From: Minisyncoccota bacterium
GTDB taxonomy: Bacteria > Patescibacteriota > Minisyncoccia > UBA6257 > 2-01-FULL-56-20
Reading direction: 5' to 3'
Assembly: GCA_022843285.1 (NCBI GenBank)
Contig: JALHNY010000003.1
Span: 25,533-89,532, forward strand
DNA: 64,000 bases
The notes beneath the pieces were generated by a model that saw only the letters and a program-made list of their open reading frames with translations, did not search any database and was not told the DNA's origin. Shown one piece after another: positions 28,282 to 37,908 of the stretch. Position 1 is the stretch's first letter. Each line of letters starts with the position of its first letter. Both the position numbers and the translations under genes were made by a program.

Positions 28282-29622
28282 GTGCTTGGAGAGCAGCTCA
28301 CGCACCCTGAATATCTTTTGGTTGAGGATTGCGTTCTGATCAGCTTCGCGTGCAATCTTCTCGTAAGAGTGGATAGCTGTGGTGTGGTCCCTCCCCAGCT
28401 TTTCCCCGATGGTCGGGTACGAGAGGTCAAGCATGTCGCGCAGGAGGAACATGGCAACCTGCCTCGGCTCCACAATTTCCTTGCGCCGCGAGCGGCCCAC
28501 CAGATCTTCCGTTGCGATGTTGTACACCTCAGCTACGGCGCTGATGACCTGCGTGTCGGTGACGGGCTTGGTGAGCGCGCGCATCGTTTTTTCAATGATT
28601 TCCTCGGCAATGGCAGCCGTGACCTCGCGGCCCCGCTTCTCCTGGAAGAACAGGAGCTTGGTGAGGATGCCCTCGAGCTCGCGGACGGACTTCTTCATCT
28701 TGCGGGCAATGACCTCCACCACGTCGTCCCCGAGGTGGCTAGATCGCTCGTCGAGCTTGCTGCGGATGATGGCTACCCTCGTCTCGAAATCGTACGCGGT
28801 AATGTCCGCGATCAGTCCGCCCTCAAATCGGCTGCGGAGGCGCTCCTCGAGGGTCGGGATGGCGTACGGGGGCCTATCGGACGAGATGATGATCTGCTTG
28901 TTCATCTCGTGGAGGGCGTTGAAGGTGTGGAAGAACTCCTCTTCGGTTTTGTCCTTTCCGCCGATGAACTGAATGTCGTCAATGATGAGGACGTCAGCTT
29001 CGCGGTACTTTTTTCGCATATCATCGGTGCGGCGGTTGCGGATGGACCACACGACGTCGTGCGTGAACTTCTCGCTCGTCATGTACTGCGGCCTCAGTGC
29101 CGGGTTCCGCTTCCTTATTTCGTTGCCGATTGCCTGAATGAGGTGAGTCTTGCCGAGACCCACTCCGCCGTACACGAAGAACGGGTTGTACTTGGTGCCG
29201 ACGTCATCGACGATGGCGAGCGCAGCAGCGTGGGCCAGCTCGTTCGATTGGCCCACGATGAATGAGTCGAGCGTGTAGCGCGTGTTGAGGCCAGTTGCCG
29301 CGTCAATCTTGAGATCGAGCTGCATTGAAGAAACCGGAACGTTAGCCTTTGCCGGACGCTTCGGAGCGGGAGCCGTGGAGCTGTTGATGACCACCTCGAT
29401 GTGCTTCACCTCGGGGTTCAGGGTGCGGACGATCCCCAATATGTCCTTCTCGTACTTGTCCTCAACCCATGACTTCGCGAAGGCGTTGTCCACCGCAACG
29501 CCGAGGGTGTCCCCAGAGAGGTGAGCCACGGTGGTGCTCTTCAGCCACATGCTGAAGTTGGTCCTTGAGATGCGCTTCTCCATCTCCTTGAGGACAGAAG
29601 ACCAGAGCTCGTTATGTTCCAT
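28279..29622 (-). CDS. dnaA: Chromosomal replication initiator DnaA
   Basis: [50 protein letters not shown]. Confidence 0.98.
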   Translation of the reverse strand: MEHNELWSSVLKEMEKRISRTNFSMWLKSTTVAHLSGDTLGVAVDNAFAKSWVEDKYEKDILGIVRTLNPEVKHIEVVINSSTAPAPKRPAKANVPVSSMQLDLKIDAATGLNTRYTLDSFIVGQSNELAHAAALAIVDDVGTKYNPFFVYGGVGLGKTHLIQAIGNEIRKRNPALRPQYMTSEKFTHDVVWSIRNRRTDDMRKKYREADVLIIDDIQFIGGKDKTEEEFFHTFNALHEMNKQIIISSDRPPYAIPTLEERLRSRFEGGLIADITAYDFETRVAIIRSKLDERSSHLGDDVVEVIARKMKKSVRELEGILTKLLFFQEKRGREVTAAIAEEIIEKTMRALTKPVTDTQVISAVAEVYNIATEDLVGRSRRKEIVEPRQVAMFLLRDMLDLSYPTIGEKLGRDHTTAIHSYEKIAREADQNAILNQKIFRVRELLSKH

Positions 29623-29768
29623 TTCGTGTGTTCAAGAGTGTCTGGGTGGTGGAGCGTGTTGGGACTATTGTATGGCCCGCAGGCCCCGCGTCAAAGTTTT
29701 CCACAGCCCCGAAATGTGGTCTGAATCGTCCATTTACAGCCAAATATGCCTCGTGTATGCTCTGCCCC

Positions 29769-29903
29769 ATGTCTCAGACCTACCAGCCCAAGAAGCGCAA
29801 GCGGGCGAGGACCCACGGGTTCCTCGTCAGGAGCGCCACGCCTGGTGGTCGTCGCGTCCTGGCGCGCCGCCGCCGCAAGGGTCGCGCAAAGCTCTCCGTC
29901 TAA
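29769..29903 (+). CDS. rpmH: 50S ribosomal protein L34
   Basis: [44 protein letters not shown]. Confidence 0.96.
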   Translation: MSQTYQPKKRKRARTHGFLVRSATPGGRRVLARRRRKGRAKLSV

Positions 29904-29924
29904 GGGCTCTGGTAACCTTTACCC

Positions 29925-30245
29925 ATGGTTCCCCGCTCCCTGCGGGCTGATCCCCGCGCGCTGCTCGCCGGGCAGGCCCAAGTAATCAGGCTCCCATGGG
30001 GTGTAGCCCGGTTCTCGCCCGGAAACACGGGTCTGGCGGTGGTAGTTCCGAAGAAAGCTGCAAAGCTATCCGTCGTGAGGCACCTGGCCAAGCGTCGCGT
30101 CGCGGGTGCGCTGCTGGGAAGCTTGCCGAATGGCTTCCAGGTCATGGTGACCCTCAACGCCGCGGGGGTATCCGCACGGGGAGAGAAGCTCCGGGCGTGG
30201 TGCCACGAGCTCGGGGAACGTATACTCCAATCCACCCATGCTTAG
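29925..30245 (+). CDS. rnpA: RNase P protein component (divergent)
   Basis: Position between rpmH and yidC; AVVVPKKAAKLSVVRHLAKRR is an RNR-motif variant. Confidence 0.75.
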   Translation: MVPRSLRADPRALLAGQAQVIRLPWGVARFSPGNTGLAVVVPKKAAKLSVVRHLAKRRVAGALLGSLPNGFQVMVTLNAAGVSARGEKLRAWCHELGERILQSTHA

Positions 30246-30945
30246 CATCTACCACACGCTCATCGCGAACCCGCTCCTCAACATTCTCGTCGGTTTGTAC
30301 GAGACTGTTGCACTGGAAGACCTGGGGGTCGCCATTATCATTCTCACCATTCTGGTGCGCCTCGCCTTCTACCCGCTCTTCCAGAAAGGGCTGGAGCAGC
30401 AGGCGAAGATGCAGGAGCTGCAGCCAAAAATTAAAGAGCTCCAGGCGAAGCACAAGGGAGACCACGCGGCGCACTCGCGCGCACTCCTCGATCTCTACAA
30501 GGAGCACAAATTCAATCCGTTCTCGAGCGTGCTGATGCTCCTGATTCAGATTCCGATTCTCATTGCTCTGTACCACCTGTTCCTGAGCATCTTCTCTCCG
30601 GACGTCCTATCGCGCCTGTACGCGTTCGTCCCGAACCCCGGTGCTCTCAACCAGACGGCATTCGGGTTTCTCAACCTGACCGAGTCCTACTTCACGCTCG
30701 TCGCGGTAACCGCGCTCCTCCAGTTCGTGCAGGCGCGGATGGCAATGCGCGGCGTGAAGTTCAACGACAAGGCGCAGCAGATGACGAGTCAGGTGCTCGT
30801 CTTCGTGGCGCCGGTCATTACGCTGGTGATCTTCGCGACGCTTCCCGCCGCGGTGACCCTGTACTGGCTGGTCTCATCGCTGCTGTCCGTGGGGCAGCAG
30901 TACCTCGTCTCGTACCGTCGCGCCAATGCAGAAGCTACCTCCTGA
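30238..30945 (+). CDS. yidC: Membrane protein insertase YidC/Oxa1
   Basis: GVAIIILTILVR...MQELQPKIKELQ...NPF...QIPILIALY...LPAAVTLYW. Confidence 0.95.
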   Translation: MLSIYHTLIANPLLNILVGLYETVALEDLGVAIIILTILVRLAFYPLFQKGLEQQAKMQELQPKIKELQAKHKGDHAAHSRALLDLYKEHKFNPFSSVLMLLIQIPILIALYHLFLSIFSPDVLSRLYAFVPNPGALNQTAFGFLNLTESYFTLVAVTALLQFVQARMAMRGVKFNDKAQQMTSQVLVFVAPVITLVIFATLPAAVTLYWLVSSLLSVGQQYLVSYRRANAEATS

Positions 30946-31357
30946 GCAGTTCGTAGAAAAAACCCTGAAGTTGCTGGGTTTTGAGGACGTTAAGGTCTCG
31001 GTAGACGAGGACGGGCGCCGGGGCGCGCTGGTTATCGAGGGGCTGGATGGCGAGCACCTGCAGGACATGATCATGGCCACGAACGCCCTGGTTGCCAGGC
31101 ACGCAGAGAAGCACAAAGAGAAGGCCCCCTTCTTCGATATCAACGGGTACCGCGCCCAGCGCGAGGAGCTCATCTCTTCAATTGCGGCAGCGGCGGCGGA
31201 GAGGGTTCTCCAAAAAATGGAGGCCATCAGTCTCCCTCCCATGAACTCGTACGAGCGCAGGCTCATCCACGAGCACGCCTCTCAGGTTCCCGGAGTCAGC
31301 AGTGAGAGCGCCGGCGAGGGCAAGGAGCGCCACGTGGTTATTTCCCCCGAGGCCTAG
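30926..31357 (+). CDS. Jag/EloR-like R3H RNA-binding protein (short)
   Basis: DINGYR...LPPMNSYERRLIH...SESAGEGKERHVVI. Confidence 0.85.
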   Translation: MQKLPPEQFVEKTLKLLGFEDVKVSVDEDGRRGALVIEGLDGEHLQDMIMATNALVARHAEKHKEKAPFFDINGYRAQREELISSIAAAAAERVLQKMEAISLPPMNSYERRLIHEHASQVPGVSSESAGEGKERHVVISPEA

Positions 31358-32496
31358 ATTGCAGATTTGTACAGTGCGCCGGTGATGCGGTCTAGGTAGT
31401 AGACGGTGCTGCCAACCACCTGCAGGTCGGTGGCATCAACGGGAGCTGGCGTTGCAATGGTGAAATCTACGGAACGGGTTTCCAGGTTCACGCCCACGAG
31501 GACGTCATCGCTGAAGAACTCCTTGCGGTAGTAGGCGTCCGGGAGTGTTTTTCTCTGCAGGTCATCTTGGTCACGAGGTGCGCCGCAAACAACGTAGGGC
31601 GTCTCCTCATCCTCACCCGTGGGCATGCCAAAGAATGTGCACTTGTCTGGGATGGTGGTGAAAGAGAGCACCGCCTGCTCGATGCCGCCCACGATGAGCT
31701 TGGTGCGTCCGCCAGATCGGTACTGGTTAGCCTGGAAGGCCAGTGCGGTCTGCGCCGCGTCGTCCCACTTCGCTGCGTAGCCGAGCTTGCCCCGTGCAGC
31801 AATGGTCACGCGACCAGACGCCACGTCTACCGCCCAGGTAGAGCCGGCGCTCTGGTAGTTGGGCTTATCGGTCACGAGGATGGTCTGGGCATTGGGCCAG
31901 TCAATGGCTACGTCGCCCAGGGCGAGAGCCACCACCGTCCGAACGGTGCGGCCGAGTGCCGTGTCGTAGATGCCGATGGCAGTCTTTCCGGTAGCTGTGT
32001 CAGGCGTGAGCGTGGCGAGCTGGCTTCCCGAGGGCGCCCACGTCGCATCGCGGAAGGTGCCGGGGACAACGCGCCAGGTTGCGGAGGCAACCTCAAAAAT
32101 GTTGACCTGAGTGCGAGGCTGGTTACCCGTGAGCACCAGAATGCGGCTCCCATCGCCCGAGAAAGATGCGGATGCAAAATTCTCAACCGGCTTGTTGGAC
32201 AGGCTGGTGACCGTGGTGCTGGCAACGCGATCTATCGTGCCGTCCCTGTGCACTGCGACCACGCTCTCATCCGCGTACACGTAGTAAGCAGCAATGTCAG
32301 AAACGGGGATGGTCGCCTCGGCTAGGAACTCTCCGTTGCCCGGGTCTGCGGGGTTAAACTCCCCTCCAATTTCGGGGAGGTTACCGGCTGCGTCCCCCGC
32401 CCCGCTTGAGCCGCCGAGGAGCCAGTACCCCGCCAGGCCGATGAGGGCCAGCACGAGCAGCAAGACCAGAATGATGATTATTCGACGTCGGTTCAT
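31354..32496 (-). CDS. Membrane-anchored beta-propeller-like protein
   Basis: N-terminal TM; repeats such as SFSGDGSRIL and TWAPSGSQLA. Confidence 0.65.
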   Translation of the reverse strand: MNRRRIIIILVLLLVLALIGLAGYWLLGGSSGAGDAAGNLPEIGGEFNPADPGNGEFLAEATIPVSDIAAYYVYADESVVAVHRDGTIDRVASTTVTSLSNKPVENFASASFSGDGSRILVLTGNQPRTQVNIFEVASATWRVVPGTFRDATWAPSGSQLATLTPDTATGKTAIGIYDTALGRTVRTVVALALGDVAIDWPNAQTILVTDKPNYQSAGSTWAVDVASGRVTIAARGKLGYAAKWDDAAQTALAFQANQYRSGGRTKLIVGGIEQAVLSFTTIPDKCTFFGMPTGEDEETPYVVCGAPRDQDDLQRKTLPDAYYRKEFFSDDVLVGVNLETRSVDFTIATPAPVDATDLQVVGSTVYYLDRITGALYKSAI

Positions 32497-32517
32497 GCTA
32501 AGTGCCCAAATTATAGC

Positions 32518-33447
32518 TTACTTTTTCTTGCAAGCAGGCTGACTTTGGATGCGGGTGATCTGCTCCTGGGTCAGACCGCCCCAGGTGCCCGAGGGGCACC
32601 CCTCGACGTGGAAGTGGTTGCCCGTCGAGCGCCCAGAAGCTTTGAAGCCGCACCCCGCGAATTCGTTCTTGTAGTACTCGTTGAGTGCAAAAACCCCGCA
32701 CGCGGTGAGGGCGTCGTAGAAGTTCTTCACCGCTTCGCAGTTCCTGGCGTAGCTCGCGGGTAGGACGAAGTCAGCAGAGCAGCCCGTGTAGTGCATGACG
32801 GAGCAGTGCTTGAGGCCGCTCACGGGGTAGGCTTCGGTGAAAATGATGCCGCTCGTGGGGACACCCAGCCTGTCAGCTGCGCACTTCACGCCGTTCACGA
32901 TGACCTTGTGGGCCGTGCACTCAGTGGAGACCTGGCACTTGAAGCCAGCCGCTGCAAGGTTTGAGCACCCCTGCGGGTTGCTTATGCAGGTGTCGGTTGC
33001 GGGCGGCACGACGCCGTTGCCCCTGGTGGTTCCTCCCGTTGTCGGCTGCTCCTGGTCCTGCTCAACCACAATCTGGTAGTTCGTGTCCCACCCCTCCCCC
33101 CGCTTGCCCTCGAGGGGCGCGAGGTACGGCAGCTGCAGCGTCGTGAGCCCCGGGTTCACGACGGCGAGGATGGCCCCGGCGCCGACGAGCAGGAGCGCCC
33201 CCACGAGGGCCTGCACGATGCGGTCCCACGCGTCCGCGAGCGCCGCGGGGTTGCCCCGGGAGAGCGTGTACTGGACCGCCCCGTACGCGATGCTCCCCAG
33301 GGCGAGGAGCCCCGCGACGGCGAGCGCGAGCAGGTACGCGTTCTGCACGAACGCGAGGACGCCCCCGTCCTGGCTCGGGTCCAGGGGGCCGGGGAGGCCG
33401 GGGGTGATCTTGGTTGCAGCTGCCCGCGCCGCCTCAATTAGCATCAC
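32518..33447 (-). CDS. CPR-type T4SS pilin fused to a Cys-rich peptidase M15-like domain
   Basis: Pilin pattern LALGSIAYGAVQYTLSRGNP..LADAWDRIVQALVGALLL...VNP; C-terminal H-x6-D (HYTGCSAD) and HxH (HFH). Confidence 0.7.
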   Translation of the reverse strand: MMLIEAARAAATKITPGLPGPLDPSQDGGVLAFVQNAYLLALAVAGLLALGSIAYGAVQYTLSRGNPAALADAWDRIVQALVGALLLVGAGAILAVVNPGLTTLQLPYLAPLEGKRGEGWDTNYQIVVEQDQEQPTTGGTTRGNGVVPPATDTCISNPQGCSNLAAAGFKCQVSTECTAHKVIVNGVKCAADRLGVPTSGIIFTEAYPVSGLKHCSVMHYTGCSADFVLPASYARNCEAVKNFYDALTACGVFALNEYYKNEFAGCGFKASGRSTGNHFHVEGCPSGTWGGLTQEQITRIQSQPACKKK

Positions 33448-34118
33448 TGAACCGGATCCAGGCTCACGCTGGCCTCAGCTCCCTCGCTCTCGGAGAGTGC
33501 ATTCTCCACGGACACGCCCACGTCCGCACCCTGCGTCGGGATTCCATCAACGGTGATGCTCAGTTCTCGCGGATCTCCGCTCGCCTCGGGAACCATCCCG
33601 TTGATGGTCCACGTGTAGAGCAGGTCATCAGCCGATGCCACGTTGAACGAGTACGGTGTTGCCTTGAAGTAGTTCTCCCCGGACCTCAGGAAAGACCCCC
33701 CGGGTGCCTCGATGACCACGCTGGGTTCAGCAAAAGGGACCACCATTGTTGCCTCGGTCGCGCTGAACGGTGCGCCGACAATCTGGACCCGGACATCGAT
33801 GTAGTCATCAGAAAACTCGGAGACGCGGAAGGTCGTCGAGAAGAGCCCCGGGCCACTCTGGTAGAGGTCGTCGTTGATGAACCAGCGAACCTCGTAGTTT
33901 CTCAGGTCTGCGGGGCGGCCATTCACCAGGGCTTCAACCAGCAGCAGGACGCTGCCACCCACCGGCGATGCCACCTTGCCCGCGTACCCCTCGGGGCTCA
34001 GAGCGTTGCTCCTCCAGGAGACCATGAGATCGCTGCTGGGAGTTGCGGGTGCCTGGGCGAACGCCGGATTCGCCACCGCAAAAGCAAGTGCGACACCTGC
34101 GGTGAGAAACTTGAGCAT
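33444..34118 (-). CDS. Secreted Ig-like hypothetical protein
   Basis: Signal peptide (AFA|Q); two YxWxxN-type beta-sandwich motifs. Confidence 0.65.
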   Translation of the reverse strand: MLKFLTAGVALAFAVANPAFAQAPATPSSDLMVSWRSNALSPEGYAGKVASPVGGSVLLLVEALVNGRPADLRNYEVRWFINDDLYQSGPGLFSTTFRVSEFSDDYIDVRVQIVGAPFSATEATMVVPFAEPSVVIEAPGGSFLRSGENYFKATPYSFNVASADDLLYTWTINGMVPEASGDPRELSITVDGIPTQGADVGVSVENALSESEGAEASVSLDPVQ

Positions 34119-34157
34119 GATGCTAATTGTACCTTTTCCCGCTACCGGCTCCCAGCC

Positions 34158-34946
34158 CTACCCTGCTGGCTTGGGTGGTTGGCTGCGGCTGGTCGTTTTT
34201 GCTCCCGTGACGTCAACGTCAATGACGTCGGTGAGCTCTGGGAGGTTGTCCCGCTCGAGTTCCTCGTACGGGGCGAAGAACGGGTTGCCCGCTTCTTTAG
34301 AATCGGGGTTGCGGCTTTCAGAAATACCGGTTCTGGCCATCTCGTACGCCTGCTTCATCTTAGATTTCTTCGGCAGGTACCCATCTCCGGCACCCCGGTT
34401 GCCGCTCTCGGGGATAGAGCGCAGGGGTCCGGGCAGGCGCTGGCGGAGGTCGCTGACCTTCTTCTTGTACTGCTCAGCTTTTTTCTCAACCTGCTCGAGC
34501 TTCTGCATGCGCGCCGCCACCCGCTCTCCGGCAGCTGCCGCCTTGGCGCCGGCCATGTTTTTCGAGGGAATGTACTGGACCACCGTAGAGGCAATCTTGC
34601 TCTGGTCTGTTGCGATCACGAGAATTGCGCCAACCAGGTAGAGGGGCAGGTAGTCCACGATGGGGATGTACTCCGCGAAGTACATCACGAGGAACCGCAC
34701 CATGGGGCGCATGGAGGGAATCCCCTTGTAGATCAGGTAGATGAGCAGGATGACCGCCATGGCGGTCGCCAGAATATCCGCAATCGGGATTTCAAATGCG
34801 AGCGTGTCGGCAATGCTCAGGATGTCGAGGATGAGCGAGACAATGATGAGCAGGGCTGCGCCCACTTTGCCTATCTTGTGCGCGTTCCCAGTGTCCTCTC
34901 CCGCATCTGGATTGCCACCGGCGGCCATGGTTTGGTACCGGTCCAT
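34158..34946 (-). CDS. Membrane protein of the T4SS-like cluster
   Basis: Three to four TMs with EYIPIVDYLP, then a charged C-terminal tail. Confidence 0.65.
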   Translation of the reverse strand: MDRYQTMAAGGNPDAGEDTGNAHKIGKVGAALLIIVSLILDILSIADTLAFEIPIADILATAMAVILLIYLIYKGIPSMRPMVRFLVMYFAEYIPIVDYLPLYLVGAILVIATDQSKIASTVVQYIPSKNMAGAKAAAAGERVAARMQKLEQVEKKAEQYKKKVSDLRQRLPGPLRSIPESGNRGAGDGYLPKKSKMKQAYEMARTGISESRNPDSKEAGNPFFAPYEELERDNLPELTDVIDVDVTGAKTTSRSQPPKPAG

Positions 34947-34949
34947 CGT

Positions 34950-36671
34950 CTACACGAGCCCCGTTTCCTCGAGGAGCTGCTGGGGATTTGTGGTGATGAG
35001 CTTGTCCTCAAAGAAGGACGGAATGATCTGGAGGGCGATGTGGCGCTGCCCGGCGAAGAACAGGCCGGTGCCCACCTCCGCGGTCAGGAGGAGGTTCTTC
35101 TCGGTCTCGGTTAGGTTGAAGGCTTTGCCCACAATGTCGATGGTTGCGGGAGCCTGCTTGAGCAGGAGCTGCACGGACGAGTTCGTGATAATCGGGCGGC
35201 CGTACGGGGAGCGGAGGAAGTCCTCCACGTCCTGCGTGATGGTGGAGACGCCGAGGTAGTACTTGCGGGCGCGCTTCACCAGGCCGAAGAGGAAGTTAGC
35301 ACTGTCCTCGTTCTTCATCATGATCCAGGCCTCATCGATGAAGAGCAGGCGCTTCTGGAACCGGGCGCGGATGAGGTTCCAGATGAAGTTGAGGATGACG
35401 TACATGGCCACGGGGCGGAGCTGCTCCTCGAGGTCACGAATCGAGAACACAATGAGGCGGTTGTTGAGGTCAATGTTCGTGGGCTTGTTCACGAATCCGG
35501 AGAAGCTGCCCTGCGTGTACTTGTACAGGCGCTCGGCAAGGGAGCGGCCGCCGTCGATGCTGCGCAGGACCGTCTCGAGGTCCTCCAGAATCGGAGGCTG
35601 AGCCTTGGAAAAATCCTCTCCGGCAACAATTTCACGGCTGGCGTACGTCTCCGTGATGGCGCGGTCCAGGAGGGCGTCCTCTTCGCTCGTCATCTCGCCG
35701 AGCATGAGGCGCGCGAGGCCGGCGACCGAAACGATGTGGGACCGCAGAACGTCCGAGGCAGACTCGTTGGGTGGGACGATGGGAATGTCGAACGGGTTAA
35801 TCGTGTTGTTGCTGGTCAGCGAGATGTTGAAGAAGCTTCCCCCGAAAGCCTCGGTGAGCTTCTGGTACTCGTTCTCGGGGTCGATGACGATGATGTTGGT
35901 GCCCATCATCAGCGAGCGGATAATTTCCAGTTTCGTCGCGTAGCTCTTTCCAGAGCCGGACTTTGCGAACACCACCTGGTTGGCGTTCTCCAGGCTGAAG
36001 CGATCGAAGATGACCAGGCTGTTGTTGTGCCGGTTGATGCCGTACATGATGCCCTCCTCGCTCATGAGGTCCTCTGCCACGAACGGGAAGAACGAGGAGA
36101 GCGGCCCCGAGTTCATGGGGGTTGTGACGTTGATTTTGTCCTGGGAGAGAGGAATCGTGGATAGGAGGCCCTGGAGCTGCTGGAATAGAGCCGGCTTGAG
36201 GTACACGAGCTTGGCTTCGAGCATGGACGTAATCTTGGATTCGAGCTTGGACAGTGCGACCTCTGAATCAGCGTAGATAGTGATGTACACGCCCACCGTG
36301 AAGAGCTTCTCCTGCGCCTGCTGGAGGGTGTCGCGGAGGCCCTCGACGTCATCGAGGGCAGTCTCGAGCTGCGGGTCGCGCACGAGACCCTTGTCAGCGG
36401 CCGTGTTCATCTGGGCTTCCACCTGGGCTGCCTTCTTGCGGAGCTGCTTGAGTGCCAGGCCCGTGTCGAACGGGTTCACGAACATGGCAATGTCCAACAG
36501 CTCAGGCAGGTTCACGATGGGCTCGAACCAGCCGGTGGTCAGGAACCTCGGGTAGCCGAAGAAGAAGAGAGTCTTCGCGTACTTGGTGCCGATTTTGACG
36601 CTCGACGATCCCACCTCTACGCCTGCGGGTGAGATGATCTGCTTCGCGGACTGGAATGCTGAGTCTGGCAT
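34950..36671 (-). CDS. VirB4-like ATPase
   Basis: AKSGSGKS, VIDPENEY, INPFD, LFIDEAW, KRARKY, TQDVED. Confidence 0.9.
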   Translation of the reverse strand: MPDSAFQSAKQIISPAGVEVGSSSVKIGTKYAKTLFFFGYPRFLTTGWFEPIVNLPELLDIAMFVNPFDTGLALKQLRKKAAQVEAQMNTAADKGLVRDPQLETALDDVEGLRDTLQQAQEKLFTVGVYITIYADSEVALSKLESKITSMLEAKLVYLKPALFQQLQGLLSTIPLSQDKINVTTPMNSGPLSSFFPFVAEDLMSEEGIMYGINRHNNSLVIFDRFSLENANQVVFAKSGSGKSYATKLEIIRSLMMGTNIIVIDPENEYQKLTEAFGGSFFNISLTSNNTINPFDIPIVPPNESASDVLRSHIVSVAGLARLMLGEMTSEEDALLDRAITETYASREIVAGEDFSKAQPPILEDLETVLRSIDGGRSLAERLYKYTQGSFSGFVNKPTNIDLNNRLIVFSIRDLEEQLRPVAMYVILNFIWNLIRARFQKRLLFIDEAWIMMKNEDSANFLFGLVKRARKYYLGVSTITQDVEDFLRSPYGRPIITNSSVQLLLKQAPATIDIVGKAFNLTETEKNLLLTAEVGTGLFFAGQRHIALQIIPSFFEDKLITTNPQQLLEETGLV

Positions 36672-36673
36672 GG

Positions 36674-37339
36674 CTACGCGGCGGGGGCGGTTGGCATGGG
36701 AACGTCGGTGCGCTCAATCGTGTCGGGGTTGTAGAAGTTGTAGTACAGCTCTACCAGCTCCTGGTTGTTGAGAATGGTAGCCTCGAGGCCAATCTGGCGG
36801 ATGCCGTCTATGACCGACTCGACCCTCTGCTGGAGCTGCCCCGCGTTCTCCTTGAAGGTGCTCTCGGTGGAAGCTTTCATTTCCTCCTCGTTCTTCTTTT
36901 TTCCGAAGAAGGGCAGCGAGCTCGTCACGCTGCTCGCGGACGGAAGGTTCATCGGGTAGTACGGGACCACCACGATGAACATCTTGCGCATGATGGCGAA
37001 CTGGGAGACGAAGCCGCGAATGAACTCCTGGTACTCGTTCATCTGGTTGCGGAGGAGGCCGCTCGGCTCGTCGGAGCGGCGCTTCTCCAGGAGCGAGAGG
37101 TACTTCTCGATGTTGATCTTGCGAGAGTGAATGACAATCTGGACCTGGTAGTCCAGTGCGTTGAGAAAGTTCTGGTACGCGCGGACGATCACGTTCTGCT
37201 CCTCCTCAGACTTGAGGGCGAAGTTGGTGCCGCCAACCATGACGAGCTGGCACATGCCTCCGCCGCGCAGCATGACGATGTTGTCCCTGATGTCAGAGAT
37301 CTCAACCAGGTCCTGGGAGTTCGCCGCGTTTGAAGCCAT
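36674..37339 (-). CDS. VirB4 N-terminal-like (TraC-type) partner protein
   Basis: NFALKSEEEQ...FLNALDYQVQIVIHSR...ELVELYYNFYNP; located between PrgI and VirB4. Confidence 0.7.
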   Translation of the reverse strand: MASNAANSQDLVEISDIRDNIVMLRGGGMCQLVMVGGTNFALKSEEEQNVIVRAYQNFLNALDYQVQIVIHSRKINIEKYLSLLEKRRSDEPSGLLRNQMNEYQEFIRGFVSQFAIMRKMFIVVVPYYPMNLPSASSVTSSLPFFGKKKNEEEMKASTESTFKENAGQLQQRVESVIDGIRQIGLEATILNNQELVELYYNFYNPDTIERTDVPMPTAPAA

Positions 37340-37371
37340 GGAGGTATTATCTGCGATGGAACTGCTGGATG

Positions 37372-37878
37372 CTAGCCGGTGAAATCGACGCGCTTGGCTG
37401 CCCGGAGCTCGCCGGTGACCTGGCGGAACACCTCGAACGTGCTCTCCGCGGCGGGGTCGCGGACGTCTTTCTGCTCGGCTTTGCTGCCGGTTTGGACGTA
37501 CTGCCAGGTCTTTTTGAGGCTGGTGCCCGAGATGATGCTCTCGAGGTTCAAGCTGCCGCTGACCTGGTGCATGGTCTCGGTGTTCTTGGGCATCTGGGGC
37601 TTATCCGGCTGCCAGAGGTAGAGCTGGGGGTTCCAGTAGAAGAGGAAGCCGAGGATGACGAGCTTTGAGAGCTTCTGCCCGTTCACTTTGACGAACGCGA
37701 GGCTGATGCCAGCTCCGCCAACCACCAGGGCGAAGAGGATGAAAAGGAAGCTCTGGAAGAAGAAGTACAGAACGAAGATCAGGGCTGCCGTGATGCAGAC
37801 GTAGATAAACTGGCGAATCGTGAAGGGACCCGCGATTTTATCCTCGGTATCGATGAACTGTGGGATCTGGTACTGCAT
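37372..37878 (-). CDS. PrgI family protein (VirB3-like)
   Basis: MQYQIPQFIDTEDKIAGPFTIRQF followed by two TMs. Confidence 0.85.
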   Translation of the reverse strand: MQYQIPQFIDTEDKIAGPFTIRQFIYVCITAALIFVLYFFFQSFLFILFALVVGGAGISLAFVKVNGQKLSKLVILGFLFYWNPQLYLWQPDKPQMPKNTETMHQVSGSLNLESIISGTSLKKTWQYVQTGSKAEQKDVRDPAAESTFEVFRQVTGELRAAKRVDFTG

Positions 37879-37908
37879 GGCGCCTCCTGGGCGCTAGTCT
37901 ACCACGCT

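Noticed and set aside
29925-30245. rnpA pseudogene
   Set aside because: Divergent but uninterrupted, correct length and synteny, with its own -10 box.
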